Part shown: positions 14,506 through 31,441 of the stretch, one piece after another
Numbering within the stretch: the first letter of the stretch is position 1
How the letters are laid out: each line of letters begins with the position of its first letter
From: Eledone cirrhosa
Lineage: Eukaryota
NCBI GenBank assembly: GCA_964016885.1
Contig: OZ024743.1
Location: 335,482,001 to 335,546,000, forward strand
Length of the DNA stretch: 64,000 nucleotides
Reading direction: 5' to 3'
Program-made: the position numbers and the translations under genes
Notes under the pieces: generated by a model
The model's database searches: none
What the model saw: only the letters and a program-made list of their open reading frames with translations
Told to the model about the DNA's origin: nothing

Positions 14506-14510
<5 letters not shown>
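13413..14510 (+). mobile_element. Inverted partial copy of the same PLE (GIY-YIG plus pLTR)
   Basis: Reverse complement of 11833-12922; NVVYSIRC...YIGETARSVGERINEH...RQITEAINIKELQPKLN. Confidence 0.9.
14254..14296 (+). ncRNA. Minimal hammerhead motif
   Basis: GTCA-CTGAAGA-G-GTCACA GAATG TGTGAC-GAAA-GAACTT-TGAC. Confidence 0.75.
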
Positions 14511-14558
<48 letters not shown>

Positions 14559-14942
14559 CATATATATATATATGTAGGAGGTAAGTTTTATTGCAGTACA
14601 ATAAAGCAATGCAGATATTGGGTAAGAAGCACTCTACAGTTTGTAGGACTGGAGTATACATAATATATAAGATCAAAAGATGGTTAAAAGAGTTCCATGT
14701 ATTTTATTATGCGCATTTCAAAAACAAATATCATCATGCAATAACATTTGTGTTTTCGTCAGATAAAATAGGAAGACATGATATGAAGGTTAAAATACAC
14801 TTGTGAATAGTGCAGTTTTAAATCAACATATGAAAAGTAGTTTTAGATTGATGTATGATATTGAGAAAACAAATTTTTTTAGAGGGGGGGGGGAGGATGA
14901 TATAATACATATATGAATGTACGTATACATACTTATATATAC

Positions 14943-15033
<91 letters not shown>

Positions 15034-15313
15034 ACTGTTTCTACTTTAGGCACAAGGCCAGCAATTAACCAGTACATTACTGGTACTTTATTTTATCGAC
15101 ACCGTAAGGATGAAAGGCAAAACGGCGATTAATTAGTTTTGCGAGGTTTTTTATGTGAAATCGTGTTTCGAAACAAATATTTTTATACAGAAGCGAAAAG
15201 CGAAAACCAACCAAACAGTGAGTGTATTCTGTTATTAATTCTGGCAATATGACACACATATGACCCTCCAAGTATAACAATACATATACATATATAAATA
15301 TATATATATATAC

Positions 15314-15344
<31 letters not shown>

Positions 15345-15348
15345 CACA

Positions 15349-15399
<51 letters not shown>

Positions 15400-15401
15400 G
15401 C

Positions 15402-15433
<32 letters not shown>

Positions 15434-15590
15434 GTATATATGTATATGTATATGTATATATATATGTATATATATGTATATGTATATATATGTATATATA
15501 TGTATATATATATATATGTATATATATATATGTATATATATATATGTATATATATATATGTATATATATATATATGTATATATATATATG

Positions 15591-15699
<109 letters not shown>

Positions 15700-15710
15700 G
15701 TATATGTATG

Positions 15711-15745
<35 letters not shown>

Positions 15746-15808
15746 GTATATATATATATGTATATATATATATGTATATATATATATATGTATATGTATA
15801 TGTATATA

Positions 15809-15852
<44 letters not shown>

Positions 15853-15876
15853 GTATATGTATATATATGTATATGT

Positions 15877-15908
<32 letters not shown>

Positions 15909-15921
15909 GTATATATGTATA

Positions 15922-15973
<52 letters not shown>

Positions 15974-16160
15974 AGTATGTATACGTACATATATATATGT
16001 ATATATAAGTATGTATACGTACATACATATATGTATACAGACGTACAGTAGTATGTATATATACATACATGCACACATATATACATGTACGTATGGATTC
16101 ACTAACATTTATGCTCGATGTATTTGTATATATGTATATATATGTATATATATATATGTA

Positions 16161-16431
<271 letters not shown>

Positions 16432-16435
16432 TATC

Positions 16436-16471
<36 letters not shown>

Positions 16472-16494
16472 GGTATATATATATATATGTATAT

Positions 16495-16708
16495 AGGCTC
16501 GTGGGTGAGTGGTTAGAGAATTGGTTTCACAATAGTGAGGTTGTGAGTTCGATTCCTGGACCAGGTGATGCGTTATGTCCTTGAGCAAGACACTTTATTT
16601 CACGTTGCTCCTTCTACCTGGACTTGTGGCCGATAGATAGTATTAGCAATTGGAAAAACCAATGGAAACATTGTTTCCTTGGTCCGATTTAACAAAAGTC
16701 GATCGACT

Positions 16709-16710
<2 letters not shown>
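16495..16710 (+). mobile_element. tRNA-derived SINE family B
   Basis: A-box GTGGGTGAGTGG, B-box GAGTTCGATTCC. Confidence 0.85.
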
Positions 16711-16802
<92 letters not shown>

Positions 16803-16873
16803 TATATATATATTTATATATTTGTATGCCAATCATATATGCTAGCGTGAAAAATATCTTACATACTAATGTT

Positions 16874-16904
<31 letters not shown>

Positions 16905-17477
16905 ATGTGTGTGTTTATATATATGTATGTATATATATAATGAGAAGATGGAGGTGCTAGATCTTCGATATATATATATAAATTTCATCATTACATTGCA
17001 TGCAGTTGTTTTTCTACAGTAACATTTGTAGAATTAATTATATATGTTAATGTTTTTGACGAAAACATTGATCTCGATAATTACATTCCGGTAGAAATTT
17101 TTTAGCAAGGAGGTTATATACACACCAATTCAAACAAGATTGCTATTGGCGTTTTAGGTTGTTTTTTTGTTTCGTTTTATTTATTTATTTATTTTTTTTT
17201 TTTTTGCACTAAGAAAGGGAAAAACGAGATATGATTGGAGGTGAAATTTTCTCTATCGGTCCGTGTTAGCTCACATATATATAGTTCTATTGAAAATCAT
17301 ATTCAGAAACAAAAAACTTACGAATAATTCCCTGATGGGATGTTGTTGCATTCCTTCTCCTTAGAAAACTATAAACTTATGGCTTATAGTGTGTGTGTGT
17401 GTGTTACTTTATTTGATTTTGTGAAATGTTATTTATAGGGATCAACTAAAATTATAGTAATTCACGTTTGAAAGACT

Positions 17478-17527
<50 letters not shown>

Positions 17528-17550
17528 GTGTGTGTGTGTGTGTGCGTGTG

Positions 17551-19473
<1,923 letters not shown>

Positions 19474-20319
19474 TATATATATATATATGAAATATAGTTT
19501 TTCAAAATATATATATATATATATGACTGTGTATGTGTTAATGTGAGTAAGTCTTAATGTGTTTGTGTGTGTATGTGTGTACGACTGAATGGATAGATGC
19601 CTGTAGCCGCTAAATATCTTTCATCGAATAAATATTTGGCACGAATTATCATAAGATGTAAGAGAAAAATCATTCAAGGAGGTATCGCATTCGTTATATA
19701 GTGTTTAGTATATGTACCTTTAAGAGTGTTTCGAGAGCATACTGAAAATGTGTGTGTATGTGTGCGTGTACGTATGTGTGTGTGTTTGCGTGCATTTCAT
19801 GGCTCAAAATTGTACCGTAGCAGAAATTAACGGCACTTACTCTTCGGCTGACAATGTATTGATAACAAGGAACTATTGTGGCACCTTTTAATACACACAA
19901 AAAAATTACATAGAAAAACTATAGTTTATAGCACTACACTACTATAGAGGTCTATAGAAATATATTAATTATGGAAACTTTAAGACGAAATTCAAACAAA
20001 ATATTAACACGGAGATATAGCTCACGTGGGATACATCACACAAGTTATCATTTCCCGTTGCCTTGAGTCAACCGATGCCTTATCAGTGACATTGGGTTGA
20101 CGGAACCAGTTTGGAAGTGGATGGATTGTACCTCTGATTCAAAAGGCGTGCCTGTCACACACTATATAACACTCCTGAAAATTACATCAAGCGTACACGT
20201 CTCTGTTCTAAGCTCAGCTATATACACGTTACTTTCATGAAAGGGTTGTTCTGCAGATCGAACAATTGCTACGATATCACCAGATTTTGTTTGACAATGA
20301 ACGAGCTTGATCACTTTTC

Positions 20320-20760
20320 GATAGACACATGTTTCCCCAGCTCGTCTCCTTGACGGAGATGCAATCTTGAATTAAGCGTAAACCGAGAGGAAGCGCTTTG
20401 GAACTGGAATCTCATCAAGTGGTCACATCCCTCGGCCAATTGGCCAGAATGGTCGATGGAAACTTTACCTTGGCGTTCTATGGAAGGTTAGTGGCGGGTA
20501 AAAGATACTATGATTTAGTGAGAATTCTGAGCGTTGACGAAAATCAATTACCCACTCTTTTCCGGAGGACATTCCATCCAGGGCTCATAGATAACTTCCA
20601 AAAATACCTGGCCTGATAGTATTACCGAGGAGCATTACCAGTTCGAGATAAACTCTACAGGTACGGAAGTGCCGTCAGCCGACCCTTTCTGAGATGCGCT
20701 AAGGGCAACGAAAATGTCCTACACGCACTAGTTTAGTGTCAGAGTATTGTTTACATATGA
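20320..20760 (+). pseudogene. Tx1/L1-clade LINE ORF2 C-terminal fragment
   Basis: LFRRTFHPGLIDNFQKYLA**YYRGALPVRDKLYRYGSAVSRPFLRC aligns with the Tx1 copy at 58758-59330. Confidence 0.8.
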
Positions 20761-20784
20761 GTTTAAGTTGAACACCTACTGTCA

Positions 20785-21085
20785 CGTGTAGGACTGATCG
20801 TAAATCCATGAGTTCAACTCCCGCCAGCGTGTTGAATCCTTGCGCAAGATACATTATTTTATGTTGCTTCAGTCTTCACGGCAGGAAAGCATGTGCTGTA
20901 CCTGTGATTCGAATGGCCAGCAATGTCAACCTCAACCCGTGTTACAATGAATCTTTCTGAGAATTACCTCTACGTTGTACGTGTCTGTGGAATGCTCAGT
21001 CACTTGTATTTTGATTTCATGAGCAGACTCTTCCTTCAATAATCAAAATGAAAACACTCGTCACCGGATCGAACAGAATTACGAC
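20785..21085 (+). mobile_element. tRNA-derived SINE family C (related copies ~20050-20270 + and ~23870-24160 -)
   Basis: B-box GAGTTCAACTCC; shared body CTGAGAATTAC...GTGTCTGTGGAATGCTCAGTCACTTG. Confidence 0.65.
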
Positions 21086-21499
21086 GCAATGCAACACAAT
21101 ACAATAATACATGCATAGTCCCGTAAATCATGGGCGAGTCATAGCTGCACCGTATTGACATACGGTGTTTCTAGAGCATTTTAAAACCTGGCAGAACCCA
21201 ATCCTTTCCAAGTCTGAGTAGCACAGATTTCTTCCAGAAAAAGATGGAGAGAGTGGGGGAAAGGAAGTGAGAAAGAGATATAGAGGAAGAATCGAATCTA
21301 GTACTTGACTGGTAATTTTTTTTACCTCAAAGTATTCTATCCGACGTTCGCATGACTATGCCAATTCGCCACCTGATACAATAATACTTAGCTATAAATA
21401 AGTGTCATGTTTATGAAAAGTATAACCACAATACTCTGCACTGGGTGTTTTTTGTTATATTGCAACCCTGTTGTCAATATATTCATATGGTGTTTGATT

Positions 21500-21692
21500 T
21501 AGGCAATTTGGCGGGAGGAGAAGTCGATTAAATCTACCCCAGTTCGTTATTAGTGCATTATTTTATCGACCCATTAAGGGTGAAAGGAAAAGCTAACCAA
21601 AGTGGGATTTGAACTCAGAGCGAAAAATGACGTAACTATATACTGTAAAGCATGATTTTCGACGCTCTACGGATACTGCTAATCCACCCACT
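21500..21692 (-). mobile_element. SINE family A
   Basis: Homology to the other copies. Confidence 0.75.
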
Positions 21693-22667
21693 AAATAGAC
21701 TAATATGGATAAGGCCTAGTGATTCCATATTCTAGTTATAATACAGGGTGAGTATAAAGTCTTTCCCTGATTAAACAAAACATAAACAAGATAGAAAAAA
21801 AAAGACTTTGGCACACTTATAGTATATGTCTAGAAGTTGTTTAATTCACACATGAACTTAAGTGAACTTGAAATTTATAAATTAAAACAATGAAAAAGTA
21901 TGTGAATTTAATGAAAAAGTAAAATCTCAAATAGTATCCGAGATATGGTATTTTATAATGAGGGAAATACTTTATGTTCACCTTGTACAATAAAACGAAA
22001 TTTTCAAGTAATATCTTAACACATTTGGAAGATCTAGTGCAGATTATTTTCAAAAAATATGACAGAAGAAAAGTTACATTTATTTATTTGTTTTGCAAGA
22101 TTCTTGATATGAAATCGTGTGTTGAAACTGATATTGTTATCTATGGCGATGGTTATGTTTTCAGTATTGCCAGTAAAAATCACACACGCACGCGCTTTAT
22201 AACTTTCACTAACCAATAAATATTTTATATAAATTTCTATAACTAGGCACTGATACTTTGTTTCATTTGAATCGTGAAGCTTTTATACATGTATCTATGT
22301 TGTTATATACATGTTTAGGTAAGAAAATTAACAAAGAGAGGCGGACAAGACAAGGAACGAAAAACATTTTTAAAAGGAGAAACCTTAAACAATTATTTTT
22401 ATACAAACGAAGGAGACAGATCTCCAGGGTCTTCAGCCGTTGAAGTGGAAATTGACAGTTTCGAGAGCTACCAACAGTATTGATAGTCCACCCGGGGTCA
22501 CAGCGCCCGAGACAAGTCAAACATACAGTTTCATAGAAAAACAATGATAGAAGCCCAGGTTTCCCGACATCAGGTACAAAGAGTGTAAATTGATGTATCA
22601 ACTTAAGAATTAGCTCTTTAAAATTCACAATAAATAAATAAAATCTACCTATAAGTGATTAAATAAT

Positions 22668-23052
22668 GATTTCTTATTTAGGCACAAGGCCAACAATTTT
22701 TGGAGGAGAGGAATGTCTATTTAATCGACCACAATAGATGAAAGGCAAAGCTAAACTCGGTGGGATCTGAACTCGGTATGTAAATGGCAGTAAATCTGTG
22801 CCGCAAAGTGTTATGTCTAATCTCCAATACAGACCAATACTACCAATCCACCGAAATGATTAAATAATTGTTTCTACGTTAGGCACAAGGCCAGCAATTA
22901 CCCAGTGTATTACTGGTACTTTATTTTATCGACACCGTAAGGATGAAAGACAAAGTTAACCTCGGCGGGATTTGAACTCAGAATGGCAAGGGCCGTAACT
23001 CTATGCGCCAAAGCATGGCATCCGACACTCTACCAATCTTCCAATCCACCGA
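22668..23052 (-). mobile_element. Two tandem SINE family A copies
   Basis: Copies at 22668-22853 and 22866-23052; TGATTAAATAAT at all three junctions. Confidence 0.8.
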
Positions 23053-23096
23053 AATGATTAAATAATATCAAATAAACTTGTACATGAAGTGAACCT

Positions 23097-23405
23097 TAGG
23101 GTTCAGTCCGCCTCGTGGGCCCGGCTAATAGGATGGAGAAGACATTGCCTAGAAGAGGGTGATGGAAACGCGCTAGAACAGTCACTTCAACTAATGGAGT
23201 TCGCATAACTGTGAATAGGAATGTACTCGGGGGGGGAGGGGTCAAGCACGCCGGCAGTCTCCACTCCCACAGGCTCAACCATAAACCTGTCAGAGAGCAG
23301 GTTATACTTTAACAGTTTCACTTCATCGACCTGAAGGGCAGCAGAGCCTGGGTTGGTAGCCAAAGATAGTACGTTACTGCTAAGGAAGATGTCACAAAAT
23401 GTGGC
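23097..23405 (-). pseudogene. CRE-like (restriction-like endonuclease) non-LTR retrotransposon 3' fragment
   Basis: CDIFLSSN..NPGSAALQVDEVKLLKYNLLSDRFMVEPVGVETAGVL...RVSITLF.GNVFSIL resembles the RLE C-terminal motif (PG.AA..AE..K..KY..L....F.P...ET.G). Confidence 0.6.
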
Positions 23406-24590
23406 ATTTCTGTTTATATAATTTCTCTCGCAAGGTTTTGCTAAATAACATTTGCCCAAGATGCCGCCATACAGTGGGATCGAACACGGTACTTAATAAT
23501 TGTGAAGCAAACTTTACCTTTCGGCCAGTAGAAAGACCTCTGACCCTGCTGACAAGATAGGATAGATTATATTAACTGGTTGACTACGACAAACAGCACA
23601 CAAGCAGCCATTTCCATTAAGTATCGAGTAGAAAGAGGAGAGACACACATATCAACAGGTCAAATGCGTTTGACCTCCGTCAGTTCTGACAATAGGTGTT
23701 CTAGTCGTGTGATCGACGAGGCAGTCTATTAAAATTAATGCGCAAGCAGCTGCCATTTCATATCCACGTGTACCCATACTGTAATTCTCAGAGAAATTCA
23801 ACGTGAAACAACAACTAGAACAACATAACACCATTTCTATATTAAACCTATTTCCAGGTAGAAATTACAGCCTGAAATTACAGAAGTACAATTATCCTCG
23901 ATTCAACAATAAACTTTGAGTGAAATAATTGTATAAGTGACTGGGCATTCCACATACACATGTACCTTTAACATATTTCTCAGGGAGAGATTCAAAGTAA
24001 TATATAGCGTGATGAAACAGGCTCTTTTGAATCACAGTGGCAACGCATTCATCCAGCTGAGTTGATTGGTGCAACGTGCAATATTTCTTTCTGAAGGACA
24101 CAACACACAGCTTGGAATTGATCTGACGACCATCCGATCGGGACCCAAACACCCTAACCTGTAAGCCAAGTGTCGCCCACTCATCTGCAAAATAGAATGT
24201 GCAGACAGCGGTTTCTACGCCACGTCGAATAGAGAGAGGGCGGATGACAATTGGACAACATAAAAATAATTTTAAAAAATCATTAAGAAATCTATTTCAA
24301 ATAACGACAATACTGCAGATATGTAAAAGCGGAATATGAAGGGAAATCCAAGGGCTCTAGGGAGTGGTGGCGGGAGGGTGATGGTCTCTAGGCCTAGGGT
24401 GCGGTTATGTTGGTGTTTCGCCAGCAAAAGGATTTCAGCGGACAATGGCTATCAACACCCGCGGCAACAACCACCCCACCTCGCCGGGCTCCTTCCCCAG
24501 GCCGGCTGCTGACGATCCGATCTTCCGGAGGAGCTTGGCAGTACGGGACACATGAGGCCTCGACGGCAACCGGTGCAAACAGAGACAGCC

Positions 24591-24660
24591 GATAATCCCC
24601 GGTATCAGAGGTCTGGATAATCCCTAGTATCAGAGGTCTGGATAATCCCTGGTATCAGAT
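24591..24660. repeat. 25-bp tandem repeat x~3 (GATAATCCCYRGTATCAGAGGTCTG)
   Basis: Direct reading. Confidence 0.85.
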
Positions 24661-25725
24661 GCTTGTGTTAAACGGAAAAGAAACACAGGTGCCAGTAGTG
24701 GGTATCATGTCGCCAGAGTAACAACTTGTTTTCAAATATTATTTTATTGACGAATGTCACATCTAAATCAATTAAGTTCCCGTAACTGTAGCAACCAGTC
24801 GTTGGGGTACCCTTCCAGATGATTTGTAGTCAGTAGTCACTACTAGTCTCTATCCTCCGTAATGCGCAGAGGGGCCGTGGTGTTACGACAAGTTAAGTCC
24901 TTGGTGTTGGGGGACCAGGATTTTCATTGTCTGCTTCTTTTCTGCCCTCCTTCAACTGTAACCTGAATAATGTTTTCGGACAGATAATCGTAGCGGGATA
25001 CGTGACTATGCTAGGCGTGCTTCTATCTATTATCATCACTGCGAATATATAAATAATTACCGCGTTTGACAGTTGTAAACAGCGAGCATGCAGTAGCATT
25101 GAAGGGGCGTTTTATTAACTATTTACTTCACATGAAATGCTGACTACAATATAGAGAGAGTAGAGGGGAAGAACAGCGAGTCTATAGATTTACAGAGAAT
25201 TAGTTCCTACAGTTACAGCATGCAACACCGTTTAATTTTGAATAAGTTTGAGCGAAATTCTGAAGTTTTTCTAAAGAAATTTGTCAATATTTTGAGAAAA
25301 AACAACAGTATTGTGTTACAGTGAATATCAGAATGTCATGACAAAGAAGAAAACACAAGTGTATGGAGATAGTGGAAGAAAGCTATCAAATTAAGTAATA
25401 TTAGTAAGGTATTTTGTTTTTAACTGATTAATCACGTAATTTTGAAAAAAAAACAAAAACAAATATTTCAGATATCGTAATTTTTGTTATATTTCTAAAT
25501 GAAGGGAAAACATGAGAGAAAGAGAAAATAAGCGATGAAAAATAAGAAAAATACGATACACAGAGAAGCATGCACGGAAAGCATGTACACACACACACAC
25601 AAACAACATACGCCAACACAACACCCAACCACACGCAACAAACCTCACACCCTCACACAACACACCTCACACGCATATTTATATGTGTACATACATATAT
25701 ATACATATAAATATACACATGCATA

Positions 25726-25761
<36 letters not shown>

Positions 25762-25780
25762 CATATATACATATATATAC

Positions 25781-25844
<64 letters not shown>

Positions 25845-25939
25845 ATATACTTATATATATATATTATAAGTATATTGATATATATATATTGATATATATA
25901 AGATGTATATATATATATATATGCGTGCATATATATATT

Positions 25940-25976
<37 letters not shown>

Positions 25977-25986
25977 ATATATATAA

Positions 25987-26022
<36 letters not shown>

Positions 26023-26038
26023 TGCATATGTGTGTATA

Positions 26039-26098
<60 letters not shown>

Positions 26099-26532
26099 TA
26101 CAGAGAGAGAGTATTATGTATGTAGAATAAAAATAAAAGAACGTCCAGTAATTTTGGAGAGATGACCATCCAGGTTTTGTTTTTATTAAATAACTATTGA
26201 AACAAATTGTAAGAGGGTTAATATTTCATTAACACATGTACACAGTACTTTTTATACCAGACCACCTGCAACCACTCTTAGTAATAGAGATGAAAAAATG
26301 TTGTGATGTTTTAATGGGTTTATATATATCTAAAAAGAGGAAAAGAATAAATATTATCCAGCATAACCTCACTAACATGAGTTGGGTCGACGCACCGATA
26401 TGGTACAGATATTCAGCAGTGAGAACCTGAAATCTTACCATTACACGGGAAACTTCTTAATCACTCGCCTATGCGTAGCTTCTGCCTACATGTGTCTCTG
26501 TGTGTGTGTATTTATGCTTATGCATAGTTGTG

Positions 26533-26598
<66 letters not shown>

Positions 26599-26614
26599 TA
26601 TATATATACATACA

Positions 26615-26687
<73 letters not shown>

Positions 26688-26707
26688 CATATATATATAT
26701 ATATATG

Positions 26708-26781
<74 letters not shown>

Positions 26782-27325
26782 TACATACATATATATTATA
26801 TATATATACATACATATTATATATATAAATATACATACATATATATTATATATATATACATACATATTATATATATATATACACACACACAGATATGTAT
26901 ATATTATACATATATATATATATATATGATATAGATATAAATATATATACCATATGTATATATATATATATGCATATATATACATACTTATATATATATA
27001 TATACATAGATATATATATATATACATACATATATATATATATATACATACATATATACATATATATATATATACATACATATATATATATATACATACA
27101 TATATATATATATACATACATATATACATATATATATATATACATACATATATATATATATACATACATATATACATATATATATATATACATACATATA
27201 TATATATATACATACATATATACATACATATATATATATATACATACATATATACATATATATACATACATATATACATACATATATATATATATACATA
27301 CATATATACATATATGTATATATAC

Positions 27326-27359
<34 letters not shown>

Positions 27360-27470
27360 ATACATATATATATACACACATATTATATATATATATATAT
27401 ACACCTATAAATACATACATACATATATATATATATATACACACACATACATACATATATTATATATATT

Positions 27471-27528
<58 letters not shown>

Positions 27529-27855
27529 TACGAGAGTTTGTCCTATAAATAAAATTATAAAAACAGACCCATCGATAATACTTTCTAAACACGGCCTCGC
27601 AATAAATAGCAGCTACAAAAGAAAAGAAATTAGAAAAGTACAAGAAAAAAATCATTGAAACAGAAATATATTACATATAAACACGTGTGTATTAGCAGAC
27701 GGTGACATATATCATTGTTTTCTTATACAGGTAATAAATAAAAGCAATGGAAAATTGTTTCACTTACTTGTTGTGCAAATTAAAATAATTAATACCAGTA
27801 TAGGGGACTCCATTTTTAATGTGTGTATATATATACACACACATATATATATATA

Positions 27856-27887
<32 letters not shown>

Positions 27888-28058
27888 GATAGATAGATAG
27901 AGAGAGAGACAGAGAGAGAGATATAGATATAGAGAGAGAGATGAACCAGGATAGAACTTTTTTATAAATAGTTAAACCATTACTCAACAGAGTACTCGAA
28001 ATTTGGGGTAGTTGAGTATGGCTATTTTATAAAGAGTGGCTTCGAGTGTCCCGACTCG

Positions 28059-28134
<76 letters not shown>

Positions 28135-28916
28135 TGTATGTATATTTCTATATATGAAATATTAAGTCCGCTGGTACCTTCACTTGTAAGTTATATGTCC
28201 AAATAACGAAAAAATAAATAAATTTCAATCTGGTGCCAAATAAAGAAATATATGCATTAAAGATATGTAAATAAATGTATAAACAAATATAAGAAAGAAG
28301 AGAAGGAAGTGCCGAAGCAAAACGAGGATTACAAGAGTAGCATAACAGAGGCTGCCACCAAAAGTCGTGTGAAGTTTCCTTTAGGTTTTTCTTTTCCTTT
28401 TACTTTCTTTTTAATATTATTATTATTGTTATGATTTAGTCTTTTATCTTCCTTTAATCAACAAATGATGTTATGCATTTCAGCGAAATAATAATAACAT
28501 AATAATATTTATTATAATGATGATAAGAAAAATGGATTATGATGATAGTCAGAATGATTGATGCTAATAAAATATATCCATTTGACAGTGGCTATTTGGC
28601 TGATTTGATGTTGTTGTTGCTCTTGCTGCTGTTCTTTTTGTTTTGTCTGTTTGTTACTATTACTGTTTATTTTGTATTATTTTTTGTTTGTTTGTTACTA
28701 TTACTAGTTTGTTTGTATTATTGTTTGTTTGTTTGTTACTATTACTGTTTTTTTGTATTATTTTTTGTTTGTTTGTTACTATTACTGCTTTGTTTAAATC
28801 GAGAAAGTTACACAAGATCCATTACCTGCTTCACAGATATGTTTATAAAGTTCTTCCTGTTGTCGGTGATATTTCCCGGCAGTACTGATGTTGCTTCTAC
28901 TACTATTGCTGCTGCC

Positions 28917-28963
<47 letters not shown>

Positions 28964-29660
28964 TAATAAATAATAGTAGTAGTAGTAGTAGTAGTATGAT
29001 AATGGCAATGAATGAATTTATGGATAGATAAACAATAAAGGATATGTTAAGTAAATAATACACCTCGAATCATATACTAAAGAAAGTAATGTCTGTCTGT
29101 CTAAGATCCTTGTTGAGACACGACAGAAAATATAGAATCCAGCAACAATCAAATGTTTCTGTGAAAACGATCAATAATAATAATAATAATATAAATGATG
29201 ACTTTGTAAAGAAATCCAGGAAATATATAGTCCAGGAAAGGAAACGGAAAAGATAAAATGTTTATAAACTTAAATATAAAGTAAATATTAGAACTGAACA
29301 AAGAAATTAACTCGGCCGTAGCAGGGTTGTGTTTTAATCCTACCCTGTACTGATGAAACTTAAGTTCAACATATAAGAGAGAGAGAGAGGGGGGGTAGAG
29401 ACATAGATAGATAGAGAGAGATGGGGAGATGAGGAGAGTGAAGGGAGTGATGGGAGAGGATCAGACAGATAGAAAGAGAGAGGAGGAGAAAGATAGTGAG
29501 AGAAAGAGAGGGAGGAAGAGATAGCTAGAGACAGAGAGAGAGAGGAAGAGAGAGATAAATAAATAAAGAGAGAGAAATAGATAGATACAGAAATGAAGAG
29601 AGAGAGGGGGAAAGAGAGAGAAAGACATATATAGACATACAAACAAACTGAATGATAGAC

Positions 29661-29750
<90 letters not shown>

Positions 29751-29755
29751 ATATG

Positions 29756-29793
<38 letters not shown>

Positions 29794-29809
29794 CATATAT
29801 ATATATATG

Positions 29810-29890
<81 letters not shown>

Positions 29891-29892
<2 letters not shown>

Positions 29893-30091
29893 CGAAGGAA
29901 ATGTGGTAAGGAACCAGGTGGACCATAACGCACCAAAGTACTCAATACTTAGGGTAGTAGAGTGGGTAATAGGAACAAGTAAGACCCCGACGGCTGAGCT
30001 CAAGCCGTTTCGGCGGCTAATTCTGGACTGCATTAGCCAGAATTAGCCGTCGAAACGGCTTGAGCTCAGCCGTCGGGGTCTTACTTGTTCC

Positions 30092-30094
<3 letters not shown>
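29891..30094. mobile_element. Fold-back element family F, copy 2
   Basis: Arms 29969-~30026 and ~30037-30094; flanked by (TA)n. Confidence 0.88.
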
Positions 30095-30180
<86 letters not shown>

Positions 30181-30207
30181 GTATATATATGTATATATAT
30201 ATGTATA

Positions 30208-30309
<102 letters not shown>

Positions 30310-30452
30310 CAGAGAGATAGATATATATCTTTCTTTATTTGCCACAGGGACGTACAAAAATGGAACATTACAAGACGTGACGGCGGGAGTTTTACATAAA
30401 AATCATATAACTTTAACATTAATAAATAAAAAGAGACTATATATATATATAT

Positions 30453-30646
30453 AACAAAGGAATTGTGGTAAGGAACCAGATGGACCATAACGCACCAGAG
30501 TACTCAATACTTAGGCTAGTAGAGTGGGAAAGAGGAAAAAGTATGACCCCGACGGCAGAGCTCAAGCCGTTTAGATGGCTATTTCGGTCCAGAAATAGCC
30601 GTCGAAACGGCTTGAGCTCTGCCGTCGGGGTCATACTTTTTCCTAT
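30453..30646. mobile_element. Fold-back element family F, copy 3
   Basis: Arms 30533-~30585 and ~30592-30644; flanked by (TA)n. Confidence 0.88.
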
Positions 30647-30669
30647 ATATATATATATATACATATAGG

Positions 30670-30709
<40 letters not shown>

Positions 30710-30838
30710 CATAGAGAATCATATTGACATAGAGAATGTCTATCAATCTATCTATATATGTGTGTGTGTGTGCGTGTACGTGTGTATGTGTGCATGTGTG
30801 TGTATATATATACAGAGAGAGAGGGAGAGGCAGAGAAA

Positions 30839-30886
<48 letters not shown>

Positions 30887-31070
30887 AAGAAAGAGAGAGA
30901 GAGGGGGTGGGCAGATGCGAAGAGAGAAAGATAGTGAGCGAGAGAGAGAGAGAGAGCGAGAAAGAGAGAGAGAGAGAAAGGCTGATATATATATATATAT
31001 ATATATATATAGAAAGAGAGAGAGAGTGAGAGAGAGAGAGATAGAGAGAGAGAGAAAGATAAAAAGGGTG

Positions 31071-31110
<40 letters not shown>

Positions 31111-31364
31111 CGATAGCGAGAGAGAGAGAGAAAGAGAAAGCGAGAGAGAGAGAGATAGAGAGAGAGAGGGAGAGAGAGAGAGAGAGAGGGAGAGGGAGAG
31201 AGAGAGAGAGAGAGAGAGAACTACCAGTGTCTAAAATCAAACAATAAAAAAACAATTAGAGAAAGTTTCTAATCATCGCTGTACAACAGACAGCTGATGA
31301 CGTTCCGATGATAGCGGTGTTGTTGCCAACGGTTTTACCGACATATACTGCTGTGGACGAGAGG

Positions 31365-31403
31365 TGTGTATATATGTTTTATCTGTGTGTGTATGTGTGT
31401 GTA

Positions 31404-31441
<38 letters not shown>

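Noticed and set aside
16495-16565. tRNA gene
   Set aside because: A/B boxes belong to a SINE head that continues into SINE body; no complete cloverleaf
22420-22560. Hammerhead-like words (CTGAAGA, GAAACTGTC) on the minus strand
   Set aside because: Order and stems could not be closed into a hammerhead
24591-24660. CRISPR-like repeat or LTR primer-binding site (TGGTATCAGA)
   Set aside because: Head-to-tail repeats without spacers in a eukaryotic context; no LTR pair or gag/pol, and the motif fits plant rather than animal initiator tRNA
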